In this document: positions 1 through 10,660 of the stretch, one piece after another
How positions within the stretch are numbered: the first letter of the stretch is position 1
Layout of the letters: the number at the start of each line of letters is the position of its first letter
Program-made: the position numbers and the translations under genes
Origin: Diplonema japonicum
Taxonomy: Eukaryota; Protista; Euglenozoa: Diplonemea
NCBI GenBank assembly: GCA_964019335.1
Contig: OZ025650.1
Coordinates: forward strand, 62,001-126,000
Reading direction: 5' to 3'
DNA length: 64,000 nt
The notes under the pieces: generated by a model
The model's database searches: none
What the model saw: only the letters and a program-made list of their open reading frames with translations
What the model was told of the DNA's origin: nothing

Positions 1-333
1 GCCAGCTTCCTTGAAGGCACAACCGAACAGGCGATTCTTTTTTTCTTTTCTCATAGTAAAGATACTGGTTTTCTTTTCTTTGTGAAGAGGAGTTGAAAGA
101 GAAGAGAGAGAGACAAGACAAGGAATATACGCTCGCGAAAAAAAAAAGCAATAAAAAAACAAAAAAAAATAAAAAGAGAAAAGATTCGAACAGAGTTACT
201 AAAGTCTGTTCTTTATGACCACATACAAAATAATAATAATAAAGAATGCCGCAAACTTATTTGGTTTCTACCTAATAAAGTAAACCGGGTTTTTTCTTTT
301 TTCTTTTTTTTTTTGGAGGACAAAGAAAAAGTT

Positions 334-1026
334 TCATTCAGTTTTTTTCGGGTCCTTCTCCTTCTTGCTTTTCCAAAAAGGGGAAATGAGGAGGAGGAAA
401 AAGGCCTGTATGACATAAAGGAATGCGATTATAATGCGTTGTGTGACGGGCTTCTGCTGGTCCTGAAGGGAACCAAGTGCTGAACCGAGTTTTGTGGAAG
501 TATTCGGGGCGATGTTGTCGAGGCTGCCCTTCAGGGCGGTTTTTGCCTCGCGAAGCTGAGGCACGGTTTCAATGGCGGAGTTGATGTTGCCAATGTAATG
601 GCAGAGGGATTCCTGCATTTCCTCAGATCTCTCTGCCATCCACGTACCCATTTCCTCAAGGTGTGCATCGGCAAAGATCTTAGCCGCATTCTCCTTGACC
701 TCCGCTACAACCTTCTCAACTTCCTTTCTTTTCTTTTCTCCCACATTCCCCACGTACTGTTCTTTCGCTCTAATCATAATCTCTCCACTCAGCCTTTGGT
801 ATTCCTTCATCAGTTCTGCCACTCTGCCGTTCTCCTGCATTATCACCTCAGGCGATGTGTCCTGCCCACCCTCTCGCATGTCCTCGACCAACCTCCCCAT
901 CTCAGCTGCAACTTGCCTCAACCCCTCCTTTGCCCCTTCCATCTCTGTCTCAAACGTGTCCTTCATGAACTGATTCGTCGCATTCTTTGCCGTTTCCTTC
1001 ACGAGCTGCACGGAGGCTTGCTGCAT
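334..1026 (-). CDS. Hypothetical helical/coiled-coil protein with C-terminal hydrophobic segment (possibly tail-anchored)
   Basis: 230-aa ORF, A-rich leader before ATG, E/K/A-rich helices, C-terminal IIIAFLYVIQAFFLLLI followed by a basic tail. Confidence 0.6.
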   Translation of the reverse strand: MQQASVQLVKETAKNATNQFMKDTFETEMEGAKEGLRQVAAEMGRLVEDMREGGQDTSPEVIMQENGRVAELMKEYQRLSGEIMIRAKEQYVGNVGEKKRKEVEKVVAEVKENAAKIFADAHLEEMGTWMAERSEEMQESLCHYIGNINSAIETVPQLREAKTALKGSLDNIAPNTSTKLGSALGSLQDQQKPVTQRIIIAFLYVIQAFFLLLISPFWKSKKEKDPKKTE

Positions 1027-1115
1027 CTTTTTTCTTTTTTAAATCTCTTTTTTAATTTTTTATGGAACGAATACTTTTTCTGTCAATTCAATAAACCCAC
1101 TCTTTTGACCTGACT

Positions 1116-2756
1116 TCACACCTTCTCAAAGGAGCTGAAGTCCACCCCACCTGGGATCTTCCTCGACCGCGATGCAATGGCATCCTGTACCCTCTTGTCG
1201 CGCTCCTGGTTGTTGAGGTCCTGATTGTTGCGATTAAACTCCTTCCTGCGCTGCGCCTGCAGATTGTACGGCTCGATCCTATCGCGGCTGGTGGTACGGA
1301 CCTGCGGGGAATCGGGGGTGAGGGTCACGGGGTCCACCTTACCGGTGTGCAGGTGGTCCCTTTTTCCCTTGACCTGTCGGAGGGTCGGGCGGGAACCTTT
1401 TTTGAATTGCCTTTCTGCCGCCTGTTTGAAGTCCATCAGCACTTCGTACGAAGGGTGCCCGCAGGATAGCGCGTAAGCATCGGCCTTCTCCTTGGACCCC
1501 AGCCCTATGGCGTGTGCCTTCTCGCACTGCAGCACATCGTGGTACACCGACCCGCAGATGGGGCAATTCGTTTCGGGGTCAACGCCACGCCGCCTTCTGG
1601 AGCACGCTGCTTGTTCGTGTTCAGTGCTGCTGCAGATCACGCAGTACTGTTCTATGCCCGCCAGCTGCTGCATCGACTTGTTGAATTTCGTTTGCGTTGA
1701 GTCGGAGTTGAGCTCCGGGCACACATCCACCGTGTGCGACTCTGACAAGCAGTGCAGGCACGAACGCTGCTGCTTCTCATGCAGCCTTGTCTTCGCTTCG
1801 CGCTTCTGCACGCTATGCACACGGTGTGCGCCCGTCACCACCACCCTGCTGAGATAGTCAATACTCCTGTCCACAAGACCCCCCTCCAAGTAGGTTGTGA
1901 AACTAGGAGGCCTGGGTGCTGAGACCATAATGTAACTCCACTCCAGACCCTTCTTGTCTTCGTCGGACCCGTAGCACAAATCCCAGTTGGCCTTAACAGC
2001 AGGGTCGGGTATCTTGAGTGCAGACAAGGACAGCCCAAGGCCAAGGAACTGCACGTCGCCCATGACCGCTGAGTAGTATTCCTCCTCACCAAGCAGTGCC
2101 TGGGTGTTGTAGAGGTGGTCGTTGATAACAGGAAGGCCGCTGTAGCTGAGAAGCTTGCGTACCTCAGTCGCTGATGATGGGCTGGTGATGTTATACTCGC
2201 CATTGGGCCCCCAGAGAGTGGCCTCCAGAGTGGCGGTGCGAGAGGGGGGCTCTTGCGACTTGCAAGTACAACCGATACACGAGACCTGGTTGGAAGGCAG
2301 GAGGGAGGTGCCCGACGAGAACAGGGTGTCGATGTGTGACTTGTCTTTCCGTGGCACAGGGTCTGCAGGTCCCTGCAGGATAAGGTGTGAAATACCGTTT
2401 TGGAACGGAAGGTGTTGGCAAGGTTGGGCGCCTGGTGCCTTAACGCAGTTGGGGATGTCGAGGATGGCGGAGTACCCGAGGCCCCATAGGCCTAGCTTCC
2501 TTGTCTTCTCGAAGAACCTTGCCATTCCCGATGTCCTGGTCACTATCTGCAACCCCTCTTCCTCCTTCTCCAAGGCCTCGGGAAATTCCCACCCGCCTCC
2601 GAGCCTCTCCAGGAGTGAATCGCTTCCCAGCTCGTCGCCGACGAGAGACAGCGTGGCTGGCTTGTACACAACCGCCCATTGGTCGGCAAGCTTGCCGTGG
2701 ACCATCTTGTGCGGGAACATCCCGCCACGTCCAACTAAGCCAGAGAGACGGGACAT
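1116..2756 (-). CDS. Degenerate RluA-type pseudouridine-synthase-fold protein with three CCHC zinc knuckles
   Basis: VVYKPA (motif I), PEALEKEEEGL in place of HRLDxxTSG, EVRKLLSYSGLPVINDHLY, LSLSALKIPDP; three CX2CX4HX4C knuckles (CLHCLSESHTVDVC, CVICSSTEHEQAAC, CPICGSVYHDVLQC); ATG taken at 2756. Confidence 0.6.
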   Translation of the reverse strand: MSRLSGLVGRGGMFPHKMVHGKLADQWAVVYKPATLSLVGDELGSDSLLERLGGGWEFPEALEKEEEGLQIVTRTSGMARFFEKTRKLGLWGLGYSAILDIPNCVKAPGAQPCQHLPFQNGISHLILQGPADPVPRKDKSHIDTLFSSGTSLLPSNQVSCIGCTCKSQEPPSRTATLEATLWGPNGEYNITSPSSATEVRKLLSYSGLPVINDHLYNTQALLGEEEYYSAVMGDVQFLGLGLSLSALKIPDPAVKANWDLCYGSDEDKKGLEWSYIMVSAPRPPSFTTYLEGGLVDRSIDYLSRVVVTGAHRVHSVQKREAKTRLHEKQQRSCLHCLSESHTVDVCPELNSDSTQTKFNKSMQQLAGIEQYCVICSSTEHEQAACSRRRRGVDPETNCPICGSVYHDVLQCEKAHAIGLGSKEKADAYALSCGHPSYEVLMDFKQAAERQFKKGSRPTLRQVKGKRDHLHTGKVDPVTLTPDSPQVRTTSRDRIEPYNLQAQRRKEFNRNNQDLNNQERDKRVQDAIASRSRKIPGGVDFSSFEKV

Positions 2757-2924
2757 GGTCCGCCCCTGTGGTGGGAACGGATGACGCAGTGAAGACATAA
2801 AGCAAAACAAAAACAAAACACACTACATGGGTTGTTTTCTTCCCTTAAGTTTCTATTTTTTCCTTTTTTTTTTTTAAATTCATTGTTCTATTTTCGTTGT
2901 AAATGCCCTTCGTACTCACCAACA

Positions 2925-3046
2925 TCACAGCTCCTCATCGATGACCTTGCACGCTTCCTTTGTCAGAGTGAAGGACACCTCCCCTATGATAGGGACATCT
3001 GTGATGCGCACGGAAATAGAATCCGTCTCCTTGTGCCAGAGGATCT

Positions 3047-3079
<33 letters not shown>

Positions 3080-3475
3080 CCCGTTCTTCTAAATACCGAA
3101 ACTGGAGGTTCCTCAATGGCGGCGGTGCCGAGGTGGCGAAGCTCGTGGAGAAGGCAAGCATTAGGTTGGCTGTGTTTATTATTTTTCTTTTTTTTTTTTG
3201 TTCCCCTTTTTCAAGACATACTTCATGTCAGGAGAAGCAACATAGTCTCCACTTTCTTCCGTCTCGTGTTTGATGTACTTGTTCCCGTTACACGCGGGTA
3301 TAGTCATGGCCCCGCTTGCTTTGAAATCAAACTTTTTCGAAATATGGTAAACCGTCAGCTCGATCGTTTCCTGAAGCACCAGCACGTCAAACTTAGTGCA
3401 GTACGTCCCTGCCGCATCCTGATTCTTCGCCTCCACACATGCGAACAGACACAGCATCATCAATAACACCTTCAT
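2925..3475 (-). CDS. Small secreted/ER-lumen protein, 2 introns (3170-3221, 3045-3096)
   Basis: Signal peptide MKVLLMMLCLFACVEA; removing two GT-AG introns gives an open frame ending ...KVIDEEL (KDEL-like). Confidence 0.65.
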
Positions 3476-3590
3476 CTTTCTCTCTATTTTTTTTTCTCTT
3501 TTTCTGATAACCTTTTTTCTTCTTCTTTTTTGTGGTCGATTCTTTTCACATAAATAGAAGAAAAAAAAAGAAGAGGCACGTTAAAAAAAA

Positions 3591-3702
3591 CTCAAAGTAC
3601 AGGACAAGCCCCCATGGGAGGGGGGGGTCTATCTGTTAATACTCCCCTTCTGGAGCATTGTTTTCATCCCGATCGAGGCCGTGAGCGTCTTGCAAAGTCG
3701 AG
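3591..3702. repeat. Dispersed repeat, short copy (matches 45859-45986)
   Basis: 112 bp align to 45859-45986 with 4 substitutions and one 16-bp indel; A tracts on both sides on the + strand. Confidence 0.9.
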
Positions 3703-3716
3703 AAAAAAAAAATAGT

Positions 3717-4316
3717 TTATTCCAAAGGTTCCACCCCAGCCTCCTTGTTCGCAACGTCCGACCAATGGCGGAAGATTACCCCGATGGTCTCTTTATCGTT
3801 AGGGAGCACTCTTGGTTGGTGTAAAGACAGAGCGTTGGCCTGTGCCAGCAGTTCGATGGTGAGCAGGTCCAGTATGTGAGGGGGGAATATCTTTTGGACT
3901 TTTTCCACAGTCATGAGGTAGAGGGACTGGCACACTGCGGACTTGTGCACGTCGTACTTCCCAAGCTGTGCCGAAGAAGGGAGCGGAACATCTGGGCTTT
4001 TCTTGAGCTCCGGATCCTCCCTCACGCAAAACACTAATATCTTCGATATGTTCCTCATCGCCTCGGGGGTGTCCTTCCCTTGAGGCAAGGAACCATCATC
4101 ACCAAACTCCCCCCAATATTTTCTCCGTATCTCCTCCTCTGCTGCATCAACAAGGACTGGTTCAATGCGGCCTTGCGCGAAATCTAATTCTTTCGCGACC
4201 TCAATGCTGAGCTGCACTTGACGAACCTTGCCATACACCTGCCTGGACATACTGCGAAGTCTGTCGCTCCACCCAAGTGACGGTGCAGACAGCCTTAAGA
4301 CGCATCTTGAGAGCAT
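3717..4316 (-). CDS. Hypothetical protein with probable mitochondrial presequence
   Basis: About 199-aa ORF starting MLSRCVLRLSAPS, coding-like composition. Confidence 0.6.
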   Translation of the reverse strand: MLSRCVLRLSAPSLGWSDRLRSMSRQVYGKVRQVQLSIEVAKELDFAQGRIEPVLVDAAEEEIRRKYWGEFGDDGSLPQGKDTPEAMRNISKILVFCVREDPELKKSPDVPLPSSAQLGKYDVHKSAVCQSLYLMTVEKVQKIFPPHILDLLTIELLAQANALSLHQPRVLPNDKETIGVIFRHWSDVANKEAGVEPLE

Positions 4317-4625
4317 CGCGTCTCTAGAGGGTGGTGTCAAGCATTGTTTGTCGGCATGCAAAAAAAAAAAAAAAAGAAGAAAACCGTATACTTTCTAAAA
4401 GGAAAAATGGTTGGGGCAGTGTGGAAGAAAAATGTGGTAAGTATAAAAAAAATAAAAATAAAAAATGGGGAGCATCTAGGGGAACAAAAGGAAAAGAAAA
4501 AAAAAAGGGAAAAAAGCGAGGCAGAGAAGAAAACTGATAGTCACAACTACGTTATTAAGAATGGGGATATCTCTGTTGAAAATCTATGTAGTGCTTATGA
4601 AGAAAACAAAAAAAGCAACACTGAT

Positions 4626-5938
4626 CTAGACGGGGAGGGGTGAACCGCGGTCAAGGCTCTGCGGCGGGGTAGGGATGCCATGTACGGGGTACCCCGCACC
4701 CAGCTGTGGAGGTGCATTTATTTTTCGTTGTACCCTGCGATGCATACCTGTCTTCTTATCTCAGCACGAAGGGAGTAAGAAGGGGAGGGGGAGGATGAAA
4801 GCGTGCCCACTGACTCGTCGGGGGAGATGTCCCCACCCGCAAGGGGCGGTTTTCCCAGAGGCGGGGTGGCGGGATGGAGAGATACAAGAGAAGAAGGGGT
4901 TTCCACAGTCAACGTGCGTGTTGCTGCCGCTTGCAGGACCACCTGGGGTTCGGTTTCAGGCTCGGGCACAGCCCCTACATGTGCAGCTGGCGCTTTGCCT
5001 GCTTCCAGCGTCCTGACCCTGTCCGACAGCTCGTTGATGCTCTTCACAAGCCCCTGGATGTACGAGATTAACTTCTCGTTCGTCGTCTGCGTGTTCACAT
5101 GCAGTTCAACGTGCTGGTTCCGGAGAGTCTCCAGTTCCCGCCCCATCCCTAAGCACTTACTCTCTAGCCTCGCATTCTGCTCTGTTAGCATGTCTCTGTC
5201 CTTCCGTGCCTCGTTCAGCTCAGCTTCCACTCTCTCCATCTGGTTATGGTAGTCCGTGTACACCACGTTAGGCTTCTTCGGCTTTTCCGTGTGGTGCACC
5301 TTTCGCTCAATGTGGCTCACCTGCTCCTCCAAGTCTAACATCTCTTGCGACGTGTCTTGCATGTACAGCTGGTGGGCAGCTGCAACGGGGTCTTCGTGCA
5401 CGGGCTTTGAGACATTTTGCGGAGGCGGCTGCTCAGGTTCGACATGGGGCTCTGGGAAGGATGTGTCGTGCATGGCGCTGTCGTCAAGGGAGCTGCCTGC
5501 GTTCTTTCCTAACAAGTTCTTGTACATATTGATGAGTTCCTGGACCTCAGTGGTGCTGGATGTAAGCCTTGCAACGTCTTCTTTGGTCACCGTGCTGTCA
5601 TAGAACGCCTGCTGTAAGGGGGGCTTCTCCTCAGGGATAAGAGGGGGGTGGGAATGTGCCTTTGGCATTGCCGGCTGCGACAAAATGCTGTTCACAGGTC
5701 GGTGCTGCAGCTCAGGACCCTTCTTCGTCACGCTTATTGACCTCTTGAGCATGTTGCCGCTTGGGACAGGCTTTTCCTTCCTCACAACATTCACCTTGCT
5801 CACACCTAGATGGGTCACAGGGCTGTTAGACCTTGCCCTTCTAGCCAGCGTTGCACTACTCACCTTCTTCAAACTGGTGTCCGTAGTCCCGGTTGTGGCG
5901 GTTGGGATTAACCCCGTGCGGGACGCCCTGACGCTCAT
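4626..5938 (-). CDS. Low-complexity/coiled-coil protein, 1 intron (4704-4747)
   Basis: 406-aa ORF with heptad region; GTATGC...CCACAG intron joins a terminal exon LGAGYPVHG...PLPV*. Confidence 0.6.
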
Positions 5939-6051
5939 ATTTATGTATGTGTCTGACTGGGCTACGCATGCTGAAAGGAAGGGAACGTGCCGTTATCAGT
6001 ACTAACACAAAAGAACAGATACCACCTCAGACTACTACCTATAGAAACAGG

Positions 6052-8131
6052 TTATGAGCCGCCGTCAAAATTATCAGGCTGTGATTTGGCGTACTTGGCT
6101 GACTTGATGTCATCCCTAAATGGCGGAGGGAGAGGAGGAAGTGGGGGCGGCTGTGCCCGTGGAGGCGAGGGGGGTGCTGGGCTTTTATTGTCTTCAATTT
6201 CTTTTATCATCATGTCGAGGTCTCTGCGGATGGTGCCGATAGCTGCCTCAAAGGTGCCCAGGTGCTGGAGGATGCTCTTCTCCATTTTTGCAATCATCTC
6301 GTTGACCTCTGAGAGGGGTACCATCTGATCGTCAATGCTCCTGCTGAGCCTTGAGTTATGTACTACTCTCGGTGTAGAAGGTTTCGAGCAGCCGCTATAC
6401 TGCACAACTAACCTCGGAATTGACTCCTGTCTCACGTGTCCTCTGTCTTCAGATAAGAACATGTGAGGTGTTATAGCAGAACGGGGCGAGCTCTCCTCTT
6501 CGCTGACCACTTCTGCTCCCAGAACGCCCAAATTGATCCCCAGATTTAAAAACGGGTTATCATTTGGGTTTTCTTCAGCTTGCGCCTCCCGTTCCCTTGC
6601 TTCCAGCTCTTCTTTGTCGTCAGGTGCTCTTGGAGACTTTTCTGCAAACAGCTGGCTTTCCAGTAGCTTGTCCTTTAATATTTCTCGTCGTCTTTTCCGT
6701 GCCTGTGATTCGAGGTGCTCTTGATGCACATCTTGGAACACCGCAGTCAGGATGGTGATGGGGTACCCCACGACAAGCAGACCTGCTACCATTGTGAGAC
6801 TTGCGACTACTTTCCCACCTACTGTCACTGGGTAAGTGTCCCCGTACCCGGTGGTGGTCAGTGTGACGAGAGCCCACCACATGGTGTCAGGGATTGACTG
6901 GAAAAAGACCTTCTGCCCCGCGTCAGGAAGGGAGCTGTTGATGTCCCTGAACCATGCTTGTTCGTCATAGACGAAGTTTGCCTCTTCCTTCTCCGCGTAG
7001 TACAGCAGGCTGCTGCTCATTGCCATTGCCATCAATGTGAACAAGCACAGCCACCACAGAGATGACCTCGCACGCACGATGCTCGTCATCATGAGTTGCA
7101 CCCCTGCGCTGTGCCTGCCCAGCTTTAATACCCGCAGGACTCTGATGTAGCGAAGGGCACGAAGGAGTGGCCGGGCAGTTCTGAACAACCGCAGTGCCAT
7201 CAAGGACTGGGAGCCGTCGTCGGTACCGAGGATTCCAAACTGTGAAGTACCATTTTTTGTTTGTTTGCATTCTTTTTTTTTTCTTTTTAAATAAAACCTC
7301 TGTCAGGTAGAAGGGAAGAATGGACAGCAGATCGATCCACGTCGATGTCAGTGAGAGGTACTTCATCTTCGTTCCGGGGTACGAGATGGTCCTGAAGACG
7401 AACTCCATTGTGAAAACGTAGATGCACGTTGCCTCGACCCACACCTGAGTTGTTGTGTTTAGTTTTTTTCTTTTGATTCCGTTTTGCGATACCGTGGCGA
7501 CGTTGCCAGGGGCGGAATCGCGGTTTTGGTAGGAGGGCAGGGACTCTATCATCATGTTTATGATGGAAACGAGGATGGCGCACTGCGAGGTGATGGTGAC
7601 AGCACGGGCACTGAAGCGGAGCCATTTTATGTCGTAAGTGCCTGAGTACTCACCGACCACTGCCCAGATCCACTGCCGCCAGGTGCGGGGTGCAGCAAGG
7701 AAGGCTTCGTCCTCTTCCTCGTCGATCTCCTTGAGGTAGTCGAACAGCTCTTCGAACATGACTGCCCCGTTGTGGTCGTCGTCGATGTCTTTGAAGATTC
7801 TGTCTGTTTCTTGGTTGATCTCTTCTTCCGTCCTGTAGGGGAAGAACACCTTCCATAGCCCCCTCAGCTCTTGCAGGGAGAGGGATCCATCGTCGTCGGA
7901 GTCTTGGGACATGAACGCCTTTTTCATCCAGTCTAGCTGTTCTGCGTCGAGCTCCCATCCCTTCTTCCCCCTTCCAGTGACAATCTTGCCCAAACCTACC
8001 GCGCTACTTCCGAGCTCCCTCCGTCTGACATGCCGCCGTGATTGCCTTCTGGTAGCACATGCATCTTTGAGACTTTTTTCGCTGTTCTCCGCTGAAAGTG
8101 GTTGCCGCGGCGATCGTATCCGTACCGGCAT
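6052..8131 (-). CDS. Voltage-gated K+ channel (S1-S6) with N-terminal EF-hand pair, 2 introns (7445-7492, 7240-7297)
   Basis: EF loops DSDDDGSLSLQEL and DDDHNGAVMFEEL; S4 RALRYIRVLRVLKLGRH; pore WWALVTLTTTGYGD; splicing 7240-7297 joins FYLTE to FGILGTDDGSQSLMALRL. Confidence 0.9.
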
Positions 8132-8901
8132 CAGGTGTGCAGGAGCACCCTTCCTTTCGTTGTTGTTCTAAAAGAGAAAAAAACAGGGGGGGGGAACGGC
8201 TACTAAAACGATTAAAAGCCTCCACCCTCACAGAGCATCGACTATGAGCGTGCATATTACGAGGGAGAAAATAATAATCCAGAACAGAAGAAAAACAGGG
8301 AATGGGGGGGGTTTGTTTTTTTAAAAGAAAAAGAAGAAACTGGTCGTTTTTTTTTTGTTTGTACGTGCCCTGTGTGGGTGGGTAGAAACCTGGAGAAAAG
8401 TTTATAAACCCGGATAAAAAAACACGTTTTCTCCTTTTGTTTAAAAAAAGGACGCGGGGAGGGAGCGGGGGGTGAAAAGAGAATGGTGCCAGAAAAGAGA
8501 TAAGAAAAACAGAGGGGGAAAGAAACTTTAAACATTTCTTTTTTTTTTTTTTAAACTAAAGGCGTTCAATACAACCTTTACTGGCGCTTGCAGTGAAGAA
8601 AAAAAAACGGGGCAGGATAAATGTGCAACAGGCTAGGGAGTGCAGTAAAATAAACTTATATGAGCCTACTGGGGAAGAAAAAAAAAAGGGGGAAGAACAA
8701 AAATTTGTAGAGACCATTCACTATTTCTCTTTTTTCTTTTTTAAATAAGGGTCTTCTTTCATTCTTATCCCTCTATCCCTCATTCCCCGCACGAAAAAAA
8801 AAAAGAAAGAACCCCACAAAAAAAACATATTTTACAATAAAAAACCCCCCCCTTCCCTTCCCTCCCCTCTCTCTCTCTCTCTCCCCCCCCCCCCCCCCCA
8901 T

Positions 8902-9751
8902 TCATGTGTGGAGGGAAAACGGCAGGAGGGGATAGGCTAGCCGGGTTTCGGTGTTAATAGCCGAAATCTATTTTTTTTTTTCTTTTTTTTTTTTTTTCCA
9001 AACACACCTCCATGTCTCCACAGGGGGACAAAAAAGAAGTAATCGCAGCCAGGACATCATAAGGCAACACGCTCAGTCCCTTTGAATGGGTGTGGGCCCA
9101 CGTTGCAGCAGCGCGTTCTCTTGCGAAGTACAGCACAATGAAGGATCTGTCCGCAGACGACTCACAAGACCAAACATGGAGACCGAGAAGCTTGTGAGAA
9201 AGCTCGTTGAGCGTTGCCTCTTGCAGGCCGTCAAGACACCCACCCCATGGGATCTTGAAGGATGTGCGGGATCTCGAGCTGAACAGGTCTCCAGCAAAGT
9301 TTAGATTCCAGAAAATCTGCCCGGTTTCCTTGATAGACTTGCTCGGTTTAAGCCTGACAGCAGCGGCAGAACTGCGAAGGACTAGGCTTTTGTCATCATC
9401 ATTCATTTCTAGCCGTCTTATAGTTTTCAGGGATGTAACAGCGCGGTCTGCAGAGGGGTGTTTTTTAAAAGCCTCATGGCACGTTGTGCGTTTGTCATGG
9501 GGGGTTGTTCCGCACTTGCTCTTGATGTCCACCAGGACGAGCTGGTTCTCCCTCTCGCTGTACTCCGCAAACAGCCGCTCGTCGTTGTCCAGCGTCGTTC
9601 CCTCCACCACCAGCTCCACGTCTCGGAGCTCTACCCCCACCTTTCCCAAGACCCAGCAGGCTATCTTTTTCACATCCTTCACAGTGGTCCCTTCTTCCAC
9701 ACCGTCTACCCTTTCTGGAGCACGTCTTCTGTCACTTATTCTGATATGCAT
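8902..9751 (-). CDS. Protein with N-terminal ubiquitin-like domain and C-terminal F-box-like motif, 1 intron (8968-9007); 5' end uncertain
   Basis: MHIRISD...TTVKDVKKI...ELVVEGTTLDNDERLFAEY fits a Ubl pattern; LPYDVLAAITSFL is F-box-like; GTGTG-(A)n-TAG intron restores a last exon. Confidence 0.55.
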
Positions 9752-10629
9752 GTCAGCCGCCGGTGCATCGTTCGTGATAGGGGCATGCACCTGTATGGGC
9801 TTTTTTTTCAAAATAAAAAAAAGAGGAAATGTAAGGAAAAGGGGGAAAAAAGGGGTACGTGGTCAAATTCAAAATCAAACAAATATCGGCGTCCGAACCC
9901 GGGTGGCCCATCCTCTTTTCTTTTTTGTTTTGTTTTTTTTTTTTCTTTTTGGGGAAAAAAAATGAAATCTTTCAGGGGGGGGGGGGGGGGAGGGAAAGAT
10001 TGTACTAGTGGTAGTCTGTGTGGCTAACGTCTTCATTCGACATTTGTGGAAAGAGGGCATCACCGGGGGACACTGAATAACATATAAAGGTAAGCAGAGA
10101 AGAAAGAAAAGAGAAAAAAAAAACGGGGAGGGAGGGGAATGGGGAATAGAAAGAAATAGCCGACGGTGAAATGACTTGAGACAGGGGGAAGGGGGGGGGG
10201 GGGGGGGTGAATAGATAGCAAGAAGAAGAAAAAAACACAAAAGAAACACAATGCGTGTTGTTCGCGCGTGTTTTCCACCTTTAAAAAAAAAAACCTTTTT
10301 CTGTGGCACAGCGAACTTTTGTCCTAAATGTACTCTCTCTCTTATTATTTTAAGAAGATGAAAATCTTGATTCAATGGAAAAGACAAGAAGGAAGAGCGG
10401 ATGAGGAGATAAGGAAGGCAACCAGGATACCCTAAAGTAAACGCACGTTAAATATTGGCCCAACACAAAAAAAAAAAAAGAAACGCGCCAGAGGCCAGAG
10501 GGCAAGATGGGAAAGTGCTTCTCTCGATCCCCCTCCCCCGCTGTTCAGGGTTTTCCCTTTTTTATTTTTTCCTTTCTGTGCTCTCGCAACATCTTTCCAA
10601 TAATAGCATTAGGGAGGGCGGGGGGAGGG

Positions 10630-10660
<31 letters not shown>

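Noticed and set aside
8207-8219. AACGATTAAAAGC resembling the 5' part of a diplonemid spliced leader
   Set aside because: Only 13 nt, antisense to the genes, with no SL 3' half or GTATG donor following
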